Positions 6,780-11,979 of a stretch of 11,979 nt of DNA are shown one piece after another. Made by a program: the position numbers and the translations under genes. Source of the DNA: Rhodothermaceae bacterium (lineage in GTDB: Bacteria; Bacteroidota; Rhodothermia; Rhodothermales; JAHQVL01); NCBI GenBank assembly GCA_019634345.1, contig JAHQVL010000373.1, positions 1-11,979 on the forward strand. The letters are read 5' to 3'. The first letter of the stretch is position 1; every line of letters begins with the position of its first letter. The notes under the pieces were generated by a model, which saw only the letters and a program-made list of their open reading frames with translations, was not told the origin of the DNA and did no database searches.

Positions 6780-8024
6780 TTATTGGACCCAGATTTTTTG
6801 CTCTCTTGCGAGTGGATGCAAGTCCTCATGGACATTGTTTAGCCCTGCTTCTAGTGAGGTCCGTATCCACTTAATGGACTGGTAGGCATTCCACATCAAT
6901 CGGCGCTGAAGAATCAATAATTCGGAGTCGAGCGCTTCGGTGTTTTCGCGTTGCAGCCTGCGATGGGTTTCAAGGCGTGTCTTCTTTACGAGCAACGTAA
7001 ATCGGCGAATCAGATGCCGATGGGGAACGCCGAATGAATGGAGTAGCCAGGACTCGATGCGTTCCAAAGGGGTAAGGGATGGGCGTCGTATATGGGTGGA
7101 TCGTTTACCGCGTCGGCGTTTTACGGGTGCAGTAGAAATGCTTGTTAGAAATTCTTCGTTGACGTGTTGAAAGAGTTGGATCTGAAGGGCCATAAAGAAG
7201 CTTTCGAACGAACGTAATGTAGGACGGATTAAATATCCACCCAATGTCTCGTTTTGAATATCGAGGGGCCCCTTTTCAAACATAGCCGGCTTATCTAGCA
7301 ACGGACAGAGCCCATTGATTGCCATCATTTCTTCATGCAAGGCTTCAAAAATTGAAATGCGCTCTCTAAAGGCACCATGAAGCAAGGGATGAACGATGTC
7401 AGGATGCAACCTGCACCGCACGGGCAATGACATGCTGTACCAGTACTGCTGATCGATGGCTCTTAAACTTGACAATTGTTCCAGATTTAAGGCAATCAAT
7501 TCTGTTAATGGTTGGCCTTTATCGGTCACATACAAGGCTTTTGAGTACCGTACCTTGGTGTAGGGTAACGAAATTACACCCCTTATATCGTTAATTATGC
7601 TGCAGTGAGGCTGGCGCTCGTAGTATACCAACACAGAGGGATCGAAGAAATCATGCGTATAGAGGGGGGTACCGAGGGCAAGCTTTAAGGTGTAGGGAAG
7701 GTGGAAAAATTGTTGTTTGTTTACTACACTTTCCAGATGTTTGGGTTGTGGATAAATACACGCGTGCTCTAACTTCTCTGGAATCAGTTTTGCAATTTGA
7801 TCATTTGATGATTCATCTTGCAGTGCCCGGACGTAGGGATTGGGGTGTTTATCGCCATAAACAACACTTATTGTACCCGATTCGATCATTCGTTTCAAGT
7901 AGGGGACGAGATCCTCGAACTCCATACTCATTCGGTCTGCCAGGCTTCTTGCAGGCATACCGTTAAAATGACTAGATTCGAGATAATAAGTAGTTACGTG
8001 GTGTAGTAAGGTTTTTGTGAGCAC
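6780..8024 (-). CDS. Hypothetical 414-aa protein: possible N-terminal winged-helix-like segment, Arg/Lys-rich C-terminal third, no recognisable catalytic motif. The first in-frame start codon is GTG at 8024, and an internal ATG start is possible.
   Basis: Long uninterrupted ORF, with the first in-frame start codon at 8024 being GTG. N-terminus ...SLADRMSMEFEDLVPYLKRMIESGTISVVYG looks wHTH-like. The basic stretch is VKRRRGKRSTHIRRP...HRHLIRRFTLLVKKTRLETHRRLQRE. It is flanked by AT-rich non-coding DNA (6504-6779 and 8025-8181). I do not recognise any family. Confidence 0.55.
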   Translation of the reverse strand: MLTKTLLHHVTTYYLESSHFNGMPARSLADRMSMEFEDLVPYLKRMIESGTISVVYGDKHPNPYVRALQDESSNDQIAKLIPEKLEHACIYPQPKHLESVVNKQQFFHLPYTLKLALGTPLYTHDFFDPSVLVYYERQPHCSIINDIRGVISLPYTKVRYSKALYVTDKGQPLTELIALNLEQLSSLRAIDQQYWYSMSLPVRCRLHPDIVHPLLHGAFRERISIFEALHEEMMAINGLCPLLDKPAMFEKGPLDIQNETLGGYLIRPTLRSFESFFMALQIQLFQHVNEEFLTSISTAPVKRRRGKRSTHIRRPSLTPLERIESWLLHSFGVPHRHLIRRFTLLVKKTRLETHRRLQRENTEALDSELLILQRRLMWNAYQSIKWIRTSLEAGLNNVHEDLHPLAREQKIWVQ

Positions 8025-8181
8025 GTGCGAGGTAAACTCATTTGTTATTAAAGGATATTCTTAACGGAGTATCGGTTCACTAAGAATAGCCTTAAAGGGC
8101 CTTCATGCTCTTTCTTTGTCACAACACTCGAATTGCTGATCAGCCTAACGGGCGGAATTTGGTGCTAGCACGTATAAAAAC

Positions 8182-11100
8182 ATGTCATTGATCTCTTCTA
8201 CCCTCCGGTTTTATCACTATTGCCTGGCTTTAGGGTTGGCTTGTTTAGTCTATCTAACACCGATCAACCTGCATGCTCAGGTAAGTGTCAAAATCACTTC
8301 TACTGTTGGCAATGACTTTGACTACTTCGGTGAGGCTGTTTCCATTGATGGGGATTTTGCTCTTGTAGGCAGTTGGCTGGATGATAACACAAATGGTAAG
8401 GACGCTGGTGCAGCCAGGGTGTACCGACGTATTGGAGCGGCATGGGAAGAGGAGCAGGTGTTGCTCTCATCCGATGGGGAAGCGGGGGATCAGCTTGGGT
8501 ACAGCGTGGTCCTTAATGGTGATTATTTGTTTGTGGGTGCTCATCGCGATGACAACGAAAACGGCCCCTTCGCTGGAGCCGTATACATTTTCCAAAATAT
8601 TAACGATGAATGGATCGAAGAAGCTCGCCTGATCGCTCCCAATGGTGGATTGGATGACCAGTTTGGATCAGCGATCGCCTCGAGAGGAGACCGGTTGATC
8701 ATTGGGGCTCCTGGTGTCGAGTCGGGGCGGGGAGCGGCTTATATATACCACCGCGTTCAATCGTCGTGGCAATATGTAAATACCGTCGAACCCTCAAACG
8801 GCCAGAGCGGAGATACCTTCGGATCTTCTGTAGCCATTGAAGGGGAATATGCGATTGTAGGTGCTAAAAACCATGACGAACCCGGCCTTGCCGACGCAGG
8901 GTCTGCGTATGCGTATGTCTTTAACGGAGCAGAATGGGTTGAACAGGCTCGGCTGTCTTCGTTGACTCCTGTGGCTGGCGGACTGTTTGGGCACTCGGTT
9001 ACCTTGACCAATAATTTTGGGTTTATCGGTGCACCGAAGGAGGATGCGTTGGGGCAACAGGACATTGGGACTGTGCAGTTATTCGAGCGGAACGGCGTGT
9101 CATGGACCCATGCGACCACATTTACGGCCTTTGATGGTGTTGCTGAGGATGAGTTTGGATATGCGGTAGTCGCGGAAGGGGATTATGCAGTTGTAGGTGC
9201 AAGGTGGCATCGAAACACGCAGGGAGATAAATCTGGATCCGCCTATCTATACCGTTTGGTAAATAATACCTGGCTATCGGAAGCACAGCTCTTTTCAGCA
9301 GACGGGTCAGTGGGGGACCAGTTCGGAAGTGCCATCGACTTTAATGCAGAACAGGTCATTGTAGGGGCCCGGTGGGATGATAATGATATTGGTCAAGATG
9401 CTGGGGCAGCCTACATTTTTCCAGTCGGCGGAGCCGGTGTGCCGTCTCTGTTTGCAGATCGAAGCATCCTGAACTATGGGATGGAGTCGGTGGGGGAAGA
9501 CGGCGATATCCTGTTAACACTTACAAACAATGGCACTGCAGACCTGAGCATTACCGATGTGCGTATCGATGGCGCTGACGCAAACCATTTCCGTATCGTG
9601 CAAGGGGGCAGTAGTATCGTTTTGGCTCCACTGGCCTCCGTTGAAATGCGGATCGAGTTCCGTCCGATTAGCCCAGGGCTGAAAGAAGCCAACCTGGTTG
9701 TTTTGAGCAATAGCCCCGCCAGTCCTGAAGTCATTGAACTTGTTGGGGAAGGCGTGGAAGGGTTGCAACCCGGTATAGCACAAGTGCTCGCATCCAGGGG
9801 AAATGTCGCTATGTCATTCGGCAGTACGGTTGCTGTTGAAAACGACTACTTAATCGTTGGCGCAGAAGGGCAAAGAGAAACTGAACCCGGTGCTGCTTAT
9901 ATCTATTTGCGCAATGAGGATGAGTGGACGCAGCAAACCTTGCTAACAGCTCTAGATGGAGGTGCCGGCGACCGTTTTGGGAGTGCAGTGGCAATCAGTG
10001 AAACGCACGCTATTGTTGGAGCCTGGAATAGTGAGTCAGAAAAAGGAGCGGCGTACATCTTTGTTAAAAGCGGGTCTGCCTGGATCCAGCAAGCAAAAAT
10101 AATCGCGGCGGATGGAAGTGCCGGCGACCAGTTTGGGCGGTCTGTTTCTATCGATGGTGAATTTGCTGTGGTAGGTGCGTGGCAAAATAGCAACGAACGG
10201 GGAGCCAGTGCAGGCGCTGTTTATGTGTATCGGCTAGATGGATCTGCATGGACACAGTACGTGAAGCTATTAGCTCCTGATGGTGAGCTAGGCGATCGAT
10301 TCGGAAGTTCGGTTGCCGTTCAGGGAGATCGTATCGTTGCCGGTGCTGCAAATGGGGGCTTTTTTGGTGAAGGAAGAGCGTATGTATTTGCCTGGCAAGA
10401 TCCTGTTTGGGATACTGAAAGCGTCCTCGTTCCAGAAGGTGCGGGCTTGAGTGATGGGTTTGGTAGTACCGTTACTATTGAGGGCGACCTTGCCGTGATT
10501 GGCGCGCCACTGTACGACCGAAGCACTTCGATTGACGAAGGGATTGCCTACATATTCGAAAGGGACAACAGCGCTGAATGGTTGCTTCGTACAAAAATAG
10601 AAGCAGAGGACGGTGCCAGTGGCTTTCAATTTGGTACTTCGGTGGATATACAGGGAAATGAGGTTATTGTCGGAGCTCCTGGTGCCGACAACCAACTGGG
10701 TGCGGTTTACGTGTTCTTGCGTTCGGGGAATGAGTGGCTCAGCCAGAATAAAATTTCCCCCAGTGATGGGCAGGATGGTGAGTCTTTCGGTAGGGCCCTT
10801 GCTTATGCTGGGTTCGACCTTATAATAGGTGCTCCTGATAACGCGAATATCAATGGCGCCGACGCTGGTATCGTTTATCTCTATTCGAGAAGACTGAACA
10901 ATTGGGATTTTGAGTTTACCGTACTTGCGTCTAACAAGCTTATCCAGCCACTTTTTGGTACCTCTGTAGCGATTAAGGACAGTATTGCCGTCATCGGGGC
11001 TGAAGGGAAAGAGAGAGATGCGGGCGCTGCATTTGTCTACGAGCTTTCAGACAATGGATGGACGCAAGTTGCTGAGCTTGAAGCCAGTGATGGAGCAGCC

Positions 11101-11979
11101 GGCGACCTTTTTGGTAACGCTGTTTCTATTTCTGGAAATGTCATCGTGGTAGGCGCTCCAGGAGATGACAATGAACGCGGCATAGATGCCGGGGCCGTGT
11201 ATATATTTCTTCGAGGATCTATGGGGTGGAGTGAACAGGTGCGGCTCGTTTCATCAGACGGTGCCTTCAACGATCAATTTGGCCGTGCTGTTACCATTGA
11301 TGGGACGACAATTGCCATAGGTGCACCCTTTGGAGATACCGTAGCAGGCCAGGACGCCGGCAAGGTATACATTTTTGAATCGAACGGTCCGCAGTGGACT
11401 GAACAAGTAATTATCAACTTGGCTGATGGCTCTGCCGAGGACAAACTGGGCACGAGTGTTTCCCTGGAAAATACAACGCTTGTCATCGGTGCACCGGAGA
11501 ATGCAGCGAAAACAGGGCGAGTGTATGTGTTTGAGGAAGTAGGGGTCGCGTGGCAGAGAGAGGCAGCGTTGACGAGTTCGGATGGTGCTGTTGGAGATCA
11601 GTTTGGGATCGACGTGGATCTCGATGACAATTATATTCTTGCCGGAGCTCCACTGCACAACGGTGAGCAGGGCGCCGCCTATGTTTTCCGTAGAACCAGT
11701 GGGCAATGGGGAGACTCAGAAGAAGGTAAAATAGAAAGCGCCGTTGGTGAACAAGGGGATCGTTTGGGGGCGTCTGTTGCGTTGAGTGGAAATTTTGCAC
11801 TATTGGGTGCCCCCCTAAGTGCAAGTGCGCTAGGCGCATCCTATCTATTTGAACGCGACGGACTCATTTGGCTTCAACAAACCCGGTTTATTGCACCCGA
11901 TCAAGAAGGCACGGACCAGGTCGGGCAAGATGTGGCGCTTGATGGTGAACTGGCTCTGATAGGGGCCTCTTATGATTCA
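8182..11979 (+). CDS. Very large secreted FG-GAP (integrin-alpha-like) beta-propeller repeat protein with an embedded Ig-like (ASH / choice-of-anchor-D-like) domain; 5' complete, 3' runs off the window (at least 1266 aa)
   Basis: ATG at 8182. Signal peptide MSLISSTLRFYHYCLALGLACLVYLTPINLHA|Q (8182-8277). The frame is open to the window end, which is why it is missing from the ORF track. There are at least 20 tandem repeats of about 55 aa of the form DG..GD.FG.SV.I.G...vVGAp.dd....gaGAaYvF.r....W.q...l. Each repeat carries the FG ... GAP signature. The minus-strand track ORFs across 8757-11839 are antisense artefacts. Confidence 0.8.
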   Translation, partial: MSLISSTLRFYHYCLALGLACLVYLTPINLHAQVSVKITSTVGNDFDYFGEAVSIDGDFALVGSWLDDNTNGKDAGAARVYRRIGAAWEEEQVLLSSDGEAGDQLGYSVVLNGDYLFVGAHRDDNENGPFAGAVYIFQNINDEWIEEARLIAPNGGLDDQFGSAIASRGDRLIIGAPGVESGRGAAYIYHRVQSSWQYVNTVEPSNGQSGDTFGSSVAIEGEYAIVGAKNHDEPGLADAGSAYAYVFNGAEWVEQARLSSLTPVAGGLFGHSVTLTNNFGFIGAPKEDALGQQDIGTVQLFERNGVSWTHATTFTAFDGVAEDEFGYAVVAEGDYAVVGARWHRNTQGDKSGSAYLYRLVNNTWLSEAQLFSADGSVGDQFGSAIDFNAEQVIVGARWDDNDIGQDAGAAYIFPVGGAGVPSLFADRSILNYGMESVGEDGDILLTLTNNGTADLSITDVRIDGADANHFRIVQGGSSIVLAPLASVEMRIEFRPISPGLKEANLVVLSNSPASPEVIELVGEGVEGLQPGIAQVLASRGNVAMSFGSTVAVENDYLIVGAEGQRETEPGAAYIYLRNEDEWTQQTLLTALDGGAGDRFGSAVAISETHAIVGAWNSESEKGAAYIFVKSGSAWIQQAKIIAADGSAGDQFGRSVSIDGEFAVVGAWQNSNERGASAGAVYVYRLDGSAWTQYVKLLAPDGELGDRFGSSVAVQGDRIVAGAANGGFFGEGRAYVFAWQDPVWDTESVLVPEGAGLSDGFGSTVTIEGDLAVIGAPLYDRSTSIDEGIAYIFERDNSAEWLLRTKIEAEDGASGFQFGTSVDIQGNEVIVGAPGADNQLGAVYVFLRSGNEWLSQNKISPSDGQDGESFGRALAYAGFDLIIGAPDNANINGADAGIVYLYSRRLNNWDFEFTVLASNKLIQPLFGTSVAIKDSIAVIGAEGKERDAGAAFVYELSDNGWTQVAELEASDGAAGDLFGNAVSISGNVIVVGAPGDDNERGIDAGAVYIFLRGSMGWSEQVRLVSSDGAFNDQFGRAVTIDGTTIAIGAPFGDTVAGQDAGKVYIFESNGPQWTEQVIINLADGSAEDKLGTSVSLENTTLVIGAPENAAKTGRVYVFEEVGVAWQREAALTSSDGAVGDQFGIDVDLDDNYILAGAPLHNGEQGAAYVFRRTSGQWGDSEEGKIESAVGEQGDRLGASVALSGNFALLGAPLSASALGASYLFERDGLIWLQQTRFIAPDQEGTDQVGQDVALDGELALIGASYDS
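8290..9420 (+). repeat. FG-GAP blades 1-7 (first propeller), coding tandem repeat with about 160-175 bp period
   Basis: There are seven repeat units ending GAARVYRR, GAVYIFQN, GAAYIYHR, GSAYAYVF, GTVQLFER, GSAYLYRL, GAAYIFPV. Confidence 0.6.
9436..9762 (+). other. Inserted non-repeat domain of about 110 aa with an ASH / choice-of-anchor-D-like (Ig-fold) sequence pattern
   Basis: PSLFADRSILNYGMESVGEDGDILLTLTNNGTADLSITDVRIDGADANHFRIVQGGSSIVLAPLASVEMRIEFRPISPGLKEANLVVLSNSPASPEVIELVGEGV. This matches the hallmark layout fG.V.vG.s....l.l.N.G.adL.It.v.i.g....F.......l.pg.s..v.v.F.P...G...a.L.i.SN...sP..i.L.G.G. Confidence 0.5.
9771..11979 (+). repeat. FG-GAP blades 8-21 (enough for two further 7-bladed propellers; the last blade is truncated by the window)
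   Basis: Units end GAAYIYLR, GAAYIFVK, GAVYVYRL, GRAYVFAW, GIAYIFER, GAVYVFLR, GIVYLYSR, GAAFVYEL, GAVYIFLR, GKVYIFES, GRVYVFEE, GAAYVFRR, GASYLFER, plus a partial. The nucleotide motif GCCGGCGACC recurs at about 9966, 10121 and 11099. Confidence 0.6.

Noticed and set aside
6700-6780. Intrinsic terminator downstream of the 414-aa ORF (A7 run at 6711-6717 = T7 on the minus strand)
   Set aside because: I could not find a convincing GC-rich stem immediately 5' of the T-tract on the minus strand, so I left it uncalled.
8381-11839. Plus-strand ORF 8381..8632 and numerous minus-strand ORFs (8757..9119, 9514..9783, 10288..10695, 11254..11706, etc.) opposite the FG-GAP gene
   Set aside because: The plus-strand frame starting at the ATG at 8182 is open across the whole region and encodes a highly regular repeat protein. 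The antisense ORFs are short and Arg/Ser/Pro-biased.
1-11979. Mobile element, CRISPR or phage content
   Set aside because: There are no terminal inverted repeats, transposase or integrase ORFs, repeat-spacer arrays, or phage structural genes. The only hint of horizontal origin is the AT-rich flanks of the 6780-8024 orphan gene.

Overview
This 12-kb window looks like mostly ordinary chromosomal DNA from a Bacteroidetes- or Balneolaeota-like organism, possibly halophilic, at roughly 50% GC by eye. The halophile guess rests on strongly acidic protein segments and signal-peptide-rich envelope proteins. I count eight credible protein-coding genes.

On the minus strand, in order of coordinates:
- 1..1501: a secreted HExxH zinc metallopeptidase fused to a TolB/PD40-like beta-propeller. 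It is C-terminally truncated by the window edge.
- 6503..5106 and 4979..4629: a co-directional amtB (ammonium transporter) then glnK (PII) pair.
- 4538..4571: a textbook intrinsic terminator.
- 4451..3843 and 3826..2555: an NfeD-family membrane protein immediately followed by an SPFH/flotillin (YqiK/FloT-like) protein. This is a classic two-gene operon.
- 8024..6780: a 414-aa orphan protein with a possible N-terminal winged-helix and a basic C-terminal segment. It is bracketed by AT-rich intergenic DNA.

On the plus strand:
- 1754..2488: an unannotated 244-aa protein whose core looks like a DUF559/Vsr-like PD-(D/E)xK endonuclease fold.
- 8182..11979 (continuing beyond the window): a giant secreted FG-GAP beta-propeller repeat protein. 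I count at least 20 blades, arranged 7 + Ig-like (ASH / choice-of-anchor-D-like) domain + at least 13.

The two partial genes are absent from the ORF track only because they run off the window. I see no rRNA, tRNA, CRISPR array, IS element or integrase. Nothing I can read amounts to a clearly novel multi-gene system.

The most checkable novelties are the orphan wHTH-like gene on an AT-rich island, the cryptic PD-(D/E)xK protein, the three-propeller FG-GAP giant with an inserted Ig-like domain, the poly-Asp loop in NfeD, and a repeat-laden amtB-glnK intergenic spacer.
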